64,000 nt of DNA from NCBI GenBank assembly GCA_902462295.1, contig CABQAZ010000002.1:66151-130150 (forward strand). The letters run 5' to 3'. The notes below the pieces were generated by a model. The model was not told where the DNA came from. It did not search any database and worked only from the letters and a program-made list of their open reading frames with translations. Shown in pieces: positions 1 through 9,013 of the stretch. This DNA comes from an uncultured Clostridium sp. GTDB lineage: Bacteria > Bacillota > Clostridia > TANB77 > CAG-508. The first letter of the stretch is position 1. Each line of letters begins with the position of its first letter. The translations under genes and the position numbers were made by a program.

Positions 1-3000
1 CTTTTAATCTTACAGTTATAGTTTTTGGTCTTATTCCATCTTGATTATCTGCATCATTCCATTCTTTATTAACTTTTACACTTGTTTTTTCTATTTGATG
101 TGTATTGGTTATTTTAAATCCTGTTGATGTATTTCCAGAAATTTCTGATGTATATCCTTTAATACTTATCTCTTCAACTGTATAATTAATGTCTTTTCCA
201 GCTTTCTTTTTTGGTTTATTAGTAAATATACCTTTCCAACTATTTTCTGAATTTAATTTCAATCCATCTACAATTTCTCCATCAGCTTTTAATAATACTT
301 CAATTTCACTTGCTCTTAGTCCATCTTGATTCTCATTGTCTATCCACTCTTTATTTATTGGAATATCAATGGTTTCTGGTATATGAGTATTTTGAATTGT
401 ATATCCTTCTACTTTTTTAGAATACCCTATAATTTCTCCAACTTCGTCAACTGTATATTTAATAGATTTTCCATTAGAATTTACTGGTAAATTTGTAATC
501 TGACATTGCCATTGATTTTCATCATTTAGTTCTATTGTTTTTATTTCAACTCCATCAGCATACAACTTTACATTTATTGATGTTGGTCTTATTCCATCTT
601 GATTGTTCTTGTCATCCCATGATTTTGTTACAGTTATTGATGTTGTATCAACTGTATGTTTATTAGTTACTATAAATTTATTTTTATTTTGAGTATCAAC
701 AGTTATATTTGCTTCATAACCATCTGGAACATTATTTTCTACAACTGTATACACAATATCTTTACCATTTGCTTTTTTGTCTAAATTGTCGAATTTTGCT
801 GTCCAATTATTATCTTTATTTAGTGTTACTGATTTATTATCTAACACTACATCATTTGCTTTTAAATTAATAACTACATTGTCTGGTCTTACACCATCTT
901 GATTATTATTGTCATCCCAAACTTTATTTACTTCTATACTTGTTTTTTCTACTTGATGACTATTTACTATTGCATATCCAGATTTTGCATCACCTGTAAT
1001 TTCTACATTATACCCATCTATTTTGTCTTCTTCAACTGTATAATTTATATTTTGGCCATTTATTTTTTTATCTAAATCTGTAAAAATTGCTGTCCAGTTA
1101 TTTTCTTCATTTAGCATTAATGTCTTATTTTCCATTAATGTTCCATTTGCTTTTAATCTTACAGTTATAGTTTTTGTTCTTATTCCATCTTGATTGTCTG
1201 CATCATTCCAAACTTTATTTACTTTTACACTTGTTTTTTCTGGTGTATGTGTATTTGTTATTGTATATCCTTTTTCAGCATCACCAGAAATATTTGATTG
1301 ATATCCTATAATAGATACTTCTTCAACTGTATATTTAATTTCTTGGCCATTTTTGTTTTTATCAAGTTCTGTAAATTCCGCTGACCACTGATTAGTTTCA
1401 TTTAAAGTGATTTTTTGACCTGTTACAATTTCTCCATTTGCTTTTAATATTACATCAATTTTCTTTGGTCTTATTCCATCTTGATTATTTGCATCATTCC
1501 AAACTTTATTTACTTTTACACTTGTTTTTTCTGGTGTATGTGTATTTGTTATTGTATATCCATTTACTACATTTCCAGAAATAACTGATGTATATCCTAA
1601 AACCCTTACTTCTTCAACTGTATAATTTATATTTTTTCCATTTTCTTTCTTTTCTAAGTTTTCGAAAGTATATGTCCAGTTATTTTCTTCTGATAATGTT
1701 TGTTTTGCAATTTCTTTTTTATCCTTCATTAATTTTACTTCTATTGATTTTGGTCTTATTCCGTCTTGATTATTTGCATCATTCCATTCTTTTACTACTG
1801 TAACATTTGTTTTTTCAGTAATATGTGTGTTTTTTATTGTATATCCAGTTTCTGCAGTTCCTGTTATTGATGATATTATATAATCTGGTACCGCTTCTTC
1901 TGAAATTGTATATACTATTTTACTTCCATCTACTTTATATGTTGGTAATTTTTCGAATGTATATTCTGTTTCTGATATAGTAACTGTATTGATTTTTTCT
2001 CCATTTGCAAATAAATTTATTGTTATTTTTTCTGGTCTTATTCCATCTTGATTGTTTTTATCATCCCAAATTTTTGTTACACTTATTGAAGTATCAGGAT
2101 TTACAGGAACCTCTTCATGACTTTCTTCTGTTGGTCCTTCTGGTACTGTTGCTATTGCAACATTTTTAATTGATTCTGAGCTAATTGTGTCTTCAGGTTG
2201 AACCGTATAATATGTTGTTATTGTTGTAGTATTTTCTCCTTTTACAGCTGATAAGCTTTGAATTACTGCTATTGTTGAAACTCCTGTATTAGAATCTACA
2301 TCTTTTTCTTCTCCATCAACTGTTACTTTTAAAGAGTCTGTTACTGTAATATTTTCTAATGTTGTATTTCCTGTATTTGTTACAGTAATTACGTATTCTA
2401 CAATATCTCCAGGTCTTACTTTGATATTTTGAGCATCCACAAATTCTGTACTATCTTTAATTTTTATTTTTGTTGCTGTTTTATTAATTGTTAATGCTTT
2501 TACTTCATCTACAGGCACATCTTTTTCATCTTTGTCAGTAACTTTTTCTGGAGTTTTATCTGGTTCTGTTATTATTGTTTCTCCTGTTACTACAACTTCA
2601 TTATGAATTAATTTTTCTACATTTCCTTGAATGTCTTTTTCATATTTTACAGTATATGTAGCTAAAATTTCTTTACTTTCTCCTGCTTTTAAATCTCCTA
2701 TTTGTAAATCTTTAACATTAACTTCAATTCCATCTAGTTTTTCATCTAATACCACATTTGTTAAATCTGCACTACCTGTGTTTGTTACTTTTATTAGATA
2801 TTCTATTACATCTCCTGCTTTAACTTTTGCTTCTTTTCCAATACTTTCTTTGTCTCTCTTTATATCTACTACATTTTTCTCTACCTTTATATCTGCAGTA
2901 TCTCTTTCCTCTGGATTTGTAGGAACATCTTCAACAGTAGCTACATTTTTTATCTTTCCATTTATATTATTTACTTTTACAATAAATGTTCTTTCTGTTG

Positions 3001-4222
3001 TACTGTTAGCTTCAACTTCTACATTCCATGTAACTTGTTTTTTATTATTTTCTGTGCTTGATATTATTCCATCTTCTTTTACAGAATCTTCTATTAATTC
3101 TGTTCCATCTGGTACAATATCTTTTATTGTTGTTTTTCCAGATATATCTCCAGTATTTGTAATTGTTATTGTATATTTTATTTTGTCTCCTAATTTTACT
3201 ATTTCAGTTCCATCAGTTACTTTTACATCATTTCTTTCTACTATTTGGCTCGTTTTTTTAGTATTTATTATTGCTGTCTTTTCTTCATTACTTTCTTTTC
3301 CATTAACAACAGCAGTATTTAATATTATTCCTGTTGCATTTTCATTTACTTTTACTGTGAATTTTACTTCTAGTGATTCCTTTGCTGGTATAGTTATAAT
3401 CCATTTTATTCCTATAACTGTATTATCTTCTATAGTTACACCATTTTGAGCATTATCACTAGAAACAAAAGTAGTTTGTTCTGGTATTTTGTCAGTTATT
3501 TCTATATTTTTTAAATCTTTATCTCCATTATTTGTGACTTTTATTGTATATGTAATTTGTTGACCAGCATATACTAATTTATTTTCTCCTATTCCCGTTT
3601 CTGCCTTTTTTTCAACTGTGAAATCAGGTATATTTGGTGTTATCTGGTATGCTACTGCAGAATCTGTGGCAACAACAGTTGATGGTGTCCACCAATCCCA
3701 AAAGTCTCTTGATATAAGTTTATCTTTTTCTTCAACTCTTACTACAGTTGTTTCTCCTATTTCATTAACATTTGTATCTGTTGTAATTTCTGTATTATTC
3801 GTATTTCCATTTTTTATATTATTATTTTCTGTTGTTTGATTATTTACTGTTTGATTACTTACTGTTTCATTATTTACAGTTTCATTATTTACTACTCCAT
3901 TATTCACTGTTTCATTAGTGTTTTCTGTATTTGTGTTACTTGCATTATTATTATCACTATTATCATTTGTATTGTTTTCTGTATTATTTTCATCTGTAGT
4001 ATTGTTTTCAACATTATTATTATCATTATTCTCTTGTTCTGAATTGTTTTCTTCTGTTGTTTGTTGTGTTTCACTTGATGATTGATTACCGTCAACAGCT
4101 TCTGTACTACCTTTATCAGCTAAGAATATTCCTACTGATAAACCAGCTATAAACAATAAGACTATTACAAGTACTATTGATATAATAGTCTTTTTGCTTA
4201 CGAATTTTGATTTATCCGCCAT
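1..4222 (-). CDS. Giant cell-wall surface adhesin, partial because the 3' end lies beyond the window start. It has an N-terminal signal/TM segment, an Asn/Thr/Glu-rich low-complexity linker, about 5 DUF11-like (conserved repeat domain) modules and at least 8 Cna B-type repeats
   Basis: Continuous minus-strand reading frame from ATG about 4222 (GGGGGGAAATAAAA upstream) to the window edge. N-terminus MADKSKFVSKKTIISIVLVIVLLFIAGL. Repeated motifs of the form TxxKVWDDxNNQDGIRP...GYTITNTH are typical of Cna B-type/isopeptide domains. The track lists no complete ORF because the gene runs off the window. Plus-strand ORFs in this region are antisense artefacts. Confidence 0.8.
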   Translation of the reverse strand, partial: MADKSKFVSKKTIISIVLVIVLLFIAGLSVGIFLADKGSTEAVDGNQSSSETQQTTEENNSEQENNDNNNVENNTTDENNTENNTNDNSDNNNASNTNTENTNETVNNGVVNNETVNNETVSNQTVNNQTTENNNIKNGNTNNTEITTDTNVNEIGETTVVRVEEKDKLISRDFWDWWTPSTVVATDSAVAYQITPNIPDFTVEKKAETGIGENKLVYAGQQITYTIKVTNNGDKDLKNIEITDKIPEQTTFVSSDNAQNGVTIEDNTVIGIKWIITIPAKESLEVKFTVKVNENATGIILNTAVVNGKESNEEKTAIINTKKTSQIVERNDVKVTDGTEIVKLGDKIKYTITITNTGDISGKTTIKDIVPDGTELIEDSVKEDGIISSTENNKKQVTWNVEVEANSTTERTFIVKVNNINGKIKNVATVEDVPTNPEERDTADIKVEKNVVDIKRDKESIGKEAKVKAGDVIEYLIKVTNTGSADLTNVVLDEKLDGIEVNVKDLQIGDLKAGESKEILATYTVKYEKDIQGNVEKLIHNEVVVTGETIITEPDKTPEKVTDKDEKDVPVDEVKALTINKTATKIKIKDSTEFVDAQNIKVRPGDIVEYVITVTNTGNTTLENITVTDSLKVTVDGEEKDVDSNTGVSTIAVIQSLSAVKGENTTTITTYYTVQPEDTISSESIKNVAIATVPEGPTEESHEEVPVNPDTSISVTKIWDDKNNQDGIRPEKITINLFANGEKINTVTISETEYTFEKLPTYKVDGSKIVYTISEEAVPDYIISSITGTAETGYTIKNTHITEKTNVTVVKEWNDANNQDGIRPKSIEVKLMKDKKEIAKQTLSEENNWTYTFENLEKKENGKNINYTVEEVRVLGYTSVISGNVVNGYTITNTHTPEKTSVKVNKVWNDANNQDGIRPKKIDVILKANGEIVTGQKITLNETNQWSAEFTELDKNKNGQEIKYTVEEVSIIGYQSNISGDAEKGYTITNTHTPEKTSVKVNKVWNDADNQDGIRTKTITVRLKANGTLMENKTLMLNEENNWTAIFTDLDKKINGQNINYTVEEDKIDGYNVEITGDAKSGYAIVNSHQVEKTSIEVNKVWDDNNNQDGVRPDNVVINLKANDVVLDNKSVTLNKDNNWTAKFDNLDKKANGKDIVYTVVENNVPDGYEANITVDTQNKNKFIVTNKHTVDTTSITVTKSWDDKNNQDGIRPTSINVKLYADGVEIKTIELNDENQWQCQITNLPVNSNGKSIKYTVDEVGEIIGYSKKVEGYTIQNTHIPETIDIPINKEWIDNENQDGLRASEIEVLLKADGEIVDGLKLNSENSWKGIFTNKPKKKAGKDINYTVEEISIKGYTSEISGNTSTGFKITNTHQIEKTSVKVNKEWNDADNQDGIRPKTITVRLK

Positions 4223-4244
4223 TTTTATTTCCCCCCTAAAATAA

Positions 4245-4859
4245 CTATATTTCTTGTGCTTTTATTATTAGTCTTTGTTTATTACCATTTGTACATGTTA
4301 TCAGTGTTACTTCTCTTACATGTTCTTCTTTGGGTAATAAAATACTTACATCATTTGGTGTTGTTTTAAATATATCATAAATTGAATATTGTATTGTTTT
4401 CCCCTCTAAATCTGTTAATTCTATAATATCTCCTTTATTAAGATTTTTTGTTTTTCCAAACATTGTTCCACTTTTATTATTATGACCTGCTATTGATAAA
4501 TTTCCATAATCGTTTACATTTTCACCCCAATATTTTATTATAGAATTTTTCATAGGCTCTTTTGCATTTTCTGGATCTATATTTCCAATTTCTAATATTG
4601 GATATTCAATATTTATCTTTGGTATTTTTACAATTCCTATTATTTTATAGCCTTTATATTCTAATTGTTCTTTTGATTCTTCTGTAGTTTTTGAAAAATC
4701 TATTTTACTAAAAGCTTCTACAGTTTCTTGACTCTCTCTCTCATTTTTATATTCACATATATATTTATAAGCTATTATTCCAATTACCACAACTGCTACT
4801 ATTAATAATATATTAAAAATTGATTTATAAATTTTTAGTTTTAATCTATTTTCTTTCAT
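4245..4859 (-). CDS. Sortase (transpeptidase) with N-terminal membrane anchor
   Basis: 204 aa with N-terminal TM helix, His motif LSIAGHN, catalytic TLITC motif and a C-terminal Arg region. It overlaps the upstream gene by 14 nt and lies directly upstream of the giant adhesin. Confidence 0.8.
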   Translation of the reverse strand: MKENRLKLKIYKSIFNILLIVAVVVIGIIAYKYICEYKNERESQETVEAFSKIDFSKTTEESKEQLEYKGYKIIGIVKIPKINIEYPILEIGNIDPENAKEPMKNSIIKYWGENVNDYGNLSIAGHNNKSGTMFGKTKNLNKGDIIELTDLEGKTIQYSIYDIFKTTPNDVSILLPKEEHVREVTLITCTNGNKQRLIIKAQEI

Positions 4860-5880
4860 CTTTTTTTTGATTTAATTTCTTTATTCTGATAAATACTATA
4901 AATAGTGCTATTATTACTATAGCTAATATAACTATTAATGTAATACTATCATATGTTATTGGTAACTTTGTGGTTTCTTGTGTTTCTATTTTTTCTTTTA
5001 TAGCATTTGGTTCATAGTCATAATATTCTTGTAAAAATTGTGCATCTGTTGTTGTACTTCCATCTTTTGCTACTTTTTTCAAAAATACTATATATTTATC
5101 TCCCATACCATTACTTTGTTCTGTTGATTCTGGTTGTTTTACTTCCATATTTTCAACTTTTTGCCAATTTGCTTCATCTATTGTTTTTGAATAGATATTA
5201 TAGAATTTTTCATTTTCTTGAATTTTTTCATATATATTCATATCTTCATATTTACTATTGATGTCTTCTGCTAATTCCATTAATTTTGCATAATCTTCTG
5301 AGTCTGTTGTTTTTACTAGTTGATAATAATATGTAGCATCTTTACTATCTATAATTTTTACATATCCTGCTTTTGCTATTTCTTTTACACCCTCAATATC
5401 TTCATCTCTAACTGGTGTTGTTGAATCTGTACTATTTTTAGATGTAGAGATTTCTACTGCTATTCTTTTTGTTGTGTTTTCTATTTCATTTATATTTTCT
5501 TTGGTTAATGAGTTTTCTAAAGCTACTTGAACTCCTTTTAGAATTAAATTTTCTTCTTCGTCTTTTGCCCATATATAAATTGGTTGATTTTTTAGTTTTT
5601 CATATGTTTCTGCATTTAAAAACGCTCCTCGATTTCCTCCCAAATCTTGGATTGAATTAATATAATATAAATCCATTTCTTTTGGATTAGCATTATTTGT
5701 AAATGCGTATTTGTAATTTTGGTCTGTATAATCTTTAATATACACCATATACTCATTTTCTTGAGTCTTTACTACAGACATATTATTGTTTATAGCATTT
5801 ACCTGTGGTGACTGTATTATAGTCCATATTACAGTAAAAATAAACAAACTTAATAGTTTAATTTTGAAATTTTTCAACAT
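4846..5880 (-). CDS. Secreted acidic protein with a C-terminal sorting-signal-like tail (KLPITYDS + hydrophobic stretch + RIKKLNQKKDERK)
   Basis: 344 aa with signal peptide ending QVNA. C-terminal pattern is LPxT-like motif, then TM segment, then positively charged tail. RBS GGGGGAAG precedes the ATG. Confidence 0.6.
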   Translation of the reverse strand: MLKNFKIKLLSLFIFTVIWTIIQSPQVNAINNNMSVVKTQENEYMVYIKDYTDQNYKYAFTNNANPKEMDLYYINSIQDLGGNRGAFLNAETYEKLKNQPIYIWAKDEEENLILKGVQVALENSLTKENINEIENTTKRIAVEISTSKNSTDSTTPVRDEDIEGVKEIAKAGYVKIIDSKDATYYYQLVKTTDSEDYAKLMELAEDINSKYEDMNIYEKIQENEKFYNIYSKTIDEANWQKVENMEVKQPESTEQSNGMGDKYIVFLKKVAKDGSTTTDAQFLQEYYDYEPNAIKEKIETQETTKLPITYDSITLIVILAIVIIALFIVFIRIKKLNQKKDERK

Positions 5881-6026
5881 ATAATCTTCCCCCTTAAAAT
5901 ATATTATATTTTACGTTTGGATTATAATATAAATTACATTATTTGTAAATACTTTTTACATTTTTTTCTATTTTTGGGTATATTTTCCTTGTAAGAATAA
6001 ATAAGAAAAATTAAAAAATATAAAAA

Positions 6027-6061
6027 AACCAATATAAATAAAATTTATATTGGTTTTTTTC
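6027..6061 (-). terminator. Rho-independent terminator downstream of the phosphorylase gene
   Basis: AT-rich hairpin accaatataaa...ttatattggttt followed by a T-run on the minus strand. Confidence 0.5.
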
Positions 6062-8629
6062 TTATTTTTCTATCCATTTTACTAAATCAAGATTTTCACT
6101 ATCTAAAATCATTTCATGTTGTGGCATTACTCTAAATGAATATCCATAATTTCCACCAGAAGTTAAATTAATTTTTGCTACATAATAATACTTTTTATTC
6201 TCTTGTTCAACACCCTCAAGCTTCATAGGTATTACTTTTACATCTTGAACTGTTCCATCTTCTAAAAATTTTCCATAATAAACTTCTGCTCTAATATAAT
6301 TTGAATCAATATTTGGAAGTATCACTGAACATCTTACTTCAATTTCTGCTCCTGCATCAACAGTTATATCATCAGCATTGTTTTCAACTTGTTCTATTTG
6401 TATATCTTTCCAATTTGAATACAAACTTTGTTTCCAAGAGTTAAATTCTGTAACTCTGTTTAAATCATTATAATATTTTTTTGTTAAATTACATAATGGT
6501 ATATATAATTGATTTGTATAATCTACAAGCATTCTTGCTGTACTGTATTTTCCTCCTGTTGACATAATAGAATTTTTCATAAGTTCTACCCATGTTTTAG
6601 AGATTTCATTTTTATCTTTATCATAGTAAGTAGGAATTATTTTATTCTCTAATGTATAATATATACTTTCACTGTCTGCTCTATCTTGTTCTTCATATGA
6701 TGAATATTCTTTGTTTGTTCCAATTGACCATCCATTTTTTTGATTGTATCCTTCTGCCCACCATCCGTCTAATACACTGAAGTTTACCACTCCATTTACA
6801 GATGCTTTTTGTCCACTTGTTCCAGATGCTTCCATAGGTCTTCTTGGATTATTTAGCCAAACATCAACACCACTTACCATATATCTTGATATTTCTATAT
6901 TATAATTCTCTAATATAAATATCTTTCCTCTAAATTGTGGTTTTAATGATATTTCGTGTATATATTTTATTAATTCTGCTCCTTCTCTATCTGCTGGATG
7001 AGCTTTTCCTGCAAATATTAATTGAACAGGTCTTTCAGGATTATTTAATATTTGTGTAATTCTTTCTAAATCTTTAAATATTAATGTTGCTCTTTTATAT
7101 GTTGCAAATCTTCTTGCAAATCCTATTGTTAAAGCTTCTGGATTCAACTTTGATGTAATATCATTTATTTCATCATAGCTAACTCCCTCTCGTCTTAATC
7201 TTTTTGTCATATTTTCTTTTACTAGTGCTAATAATTTTATCTTTCTATCCATATGAACTTTCCATAATTTATCATCTGGAATTGTTTTTATTTTTTCCCA
7301 TACATCATCTTCATGTATGTTATCTTGCCAATATGGCATTAGATATTTATTATATAAATCTTTTAATTTTGGTGCTAACCATGTACATGTATGAACTCCA
7401 TTTGTTACATATGTTATTGGAGATTCACTTGGTGCTATATGTGGCCATACTTCTGCAAATAATTCTCTTGATACTTCTCCATGTAATTTGCTTACTCCAT
7501 TTTTCTTTCCTGCTATCTTTAAAGCTAATATTCCCATATTAAATCCAGATTCTAATCCCTCACATGGTTTCATTCCAAGTTTTAAAAATTCTTCTCTTGT
7601 TAATCCTAATCGTGGCCAAAAATCTTTAAAATATTTTTCTACTAATCCTATTGGAAATATATCATTTCCTGCTGGAACTGGTGTATGCGTTGTAAATACT
7701 GTTTTTGATGATGCTATATCTCTTGCAACATTGAAAGATACTTGTTTTTCTTTTATAGTATTTTTTATAATTTCTAAATTTAAAAATGCTGAGTGTCCCT
7801 CATTCATATGGTATACAGTTGGATTTAATCCTAATCTTCTTAATAGGCTTACTCCTCCCATTCCTAATATAATTTCTTGTCTTATTCTTGTTTCTTGGTC
7901 TCCTCCATATAAACGTGATGTTGTATCTCTGTCTTCTTCATTATTTATATCTATGTCTGAATCCATTAAATATAGTTTTACTCTTCCTACATTTATTTCC
8001 CAGACTTTTAAATATATTCTTCTTTTTGGAAATTTGATAAATAATATTAAGTCATTACCATCTAAATCTTTTACTGGATTTATTGGTAAGTCATATAAAT
8101 CTAAATCTCTATATTCTGGTCTTTGCATTCCATATCTATCTATTATTTGGTTGAAATATCCGTTTTTATATAAAAGTCCAACTGCTACTAATGGAATTCC
8201 AAGATCACTTGCAGATTTTAAGTGGTCTCCTGATAATATTCCTAAACCACCTGAATATATTGCTATTGTTTGGTCTAAACCATATTCTGCTGAAAAATAT
8301 GCTATTAAGTCGTTTTTATTATTTGGATATTTTTGACTAAACCATGTATTTTTGCTATTCATATATCCATCAAAATTGTTTACTATTTTATCATATTCTT
8401 TTACAAATGCTACATCTCTTGAAGCATTTTCTAATTTTTCTTGCTCTACTAATTTTAAAAATTTTACAGGATTTTTATTACATCTTTCCCATAAATCTAT
8501 ATCTATCATCTTAAATAGTCTCAAAAATTCTGTATTCCAAGACCACCATAAGTTGTTTGCTATTTCTGTTATCCTACCTATCCTTTTTGGTAATTGTGGG
8601 TTTACTGTTATTCTATTGAATACGTACAT
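6062..8629 (-). CDS. glgP: Alpha-glucan (glycogen) phosphorylase, GT35 GlgP-type with N-terminal DUF3417-like region
   Basis: 855 aa with strong RBS AGGAGGAAAAGAT-ATG. Overall similarity to the bacterial alpha-glucan phosphorylase family recognised from conserved blocks (GGLGxLxGD, EGHxAF). Confidence 0.75.
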   Translation of the reverse strand: MYVFNRITVNPQLPKRIGRITEIANNLWWSWNTEFLRLFKMIDIDLWERCNKNPVKFLKLVEQEKLENASRDVAFVKEYDKIVNNFDGYMNSKNTWFSQKYPNNKNDLIAYFSAEYGLDQTIAIYSGGLGILSGDHLKSASDLGIPLVAVGLLYKNGYFNQIIDRYGMQRPEYRDLDLYDLPINPVKDLDGNDLILFIKFPKRRIYLKVWEINVGRVKLYLMDSDIDINNEEDRDTTSRLYGGDQETRIRQEIILGMGGVSLLRRLGLNPTVYHMNEGHSAFLNLEIIKNTIKEKQVSFNVARDIASSKTVFTTHTPVPAGNDIFPIGLVEKYFKDFWPRLGLTREEFLKLGMKPCEGLESGFNMGILALKIAGKKNGVSKLHGEVSRELFAEVWPHIAPSESPITYVTNGVHTCTWLAPKLKDLYNKYLMPYWQDNIHEDDVWEKIKTIPDDKLWKVHMDRKIKLLALVKENMTKRLRREGVSYDEINDITSKLNPEALTIGFARRFATYKRATLIFKDLERITQILNNPERPVQLIFAGKAHPADREGAELIKYIHEISLKPQFRGKIFILENYNIEISRYMVSGVDVWLNNPRRPMEASGTSGQKASVNGVVNFSVLDGWWAEGYNQKNGWSIGTNKEYSSYEEQDRADSESIYYTLENKIIPTYYDKDKNEISKTWVELMKNSIMSTGGKYSTARMLVDYTNQLYIPLCNLTKKYYNDLNRVTEFNSWKQSLYSNWKDIQIEQVENNADDITVDAGAEIEVRCSVILPNIDSNYIRAEVYYGKFLEDGTVQDVKVIPMKLEGVEQENKKYYYVAKINLTSGGNYGYSFRVMPQHEMILDSENLDLVKWIEK

Positions 8630-8808
8630 ATCTTTTCCTCCTATGTTTTTTCTTCTGTCTTTAATTTAGACATTTTTTTCTTTTTGTTAATCACCATTAT
8701 TATCTACTAATTTTACTTTTTTGTCAATATATTGTTTTCAGTTTATTAATAATTTTGTTACAAAATAATGGTTTTAATTAATTTTTTTAGAAATACTTTA
8801 AATATAAG

Positions 8809-8894
8809 CTTTGAATGAAGTGACGAATACTTATGAAAAAATTTTAGAAATTCTATGTAGTTTTATGGTAAGAGTTCACGATAGTGGAAAGGAC
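8809..8894. repeat. Composite copy of a short dispersed intergenic repeat: module 1 at 8809-8846 and module 2 at 8861-8894
   Basis: Module 1 is about 34/38 identical to 37203-37240. Module 2 matches 27037-27070 with one indel. The sequence lies in the glgP upstream region. Confidence 0.6.
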
Positions 8895-9013
8895 CCATAA
8901 AGCAAATTAGAATTTCTTAAATTTTGTAATAAGCCGAGGAATGCAATAAAAAGCTTATATCTAAAGTATTTCTATGTTTTAATTTCTAATCCCCATTATC
9001 TTGCAACACGATT

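Noticed and set aside
2631-4095. Plus-strand ORFs 2631..3449, 3618..3839, 3836..4042 and minus-strand ORF 3904..4095
   Set aside because: They lie inside or antisense to the giant minus-strand adhesin gene. Their low-complexity Ser/Phe/Ile-rich translations are typical reverse-frame artefacts of AT-rich repetitive coding DNA.
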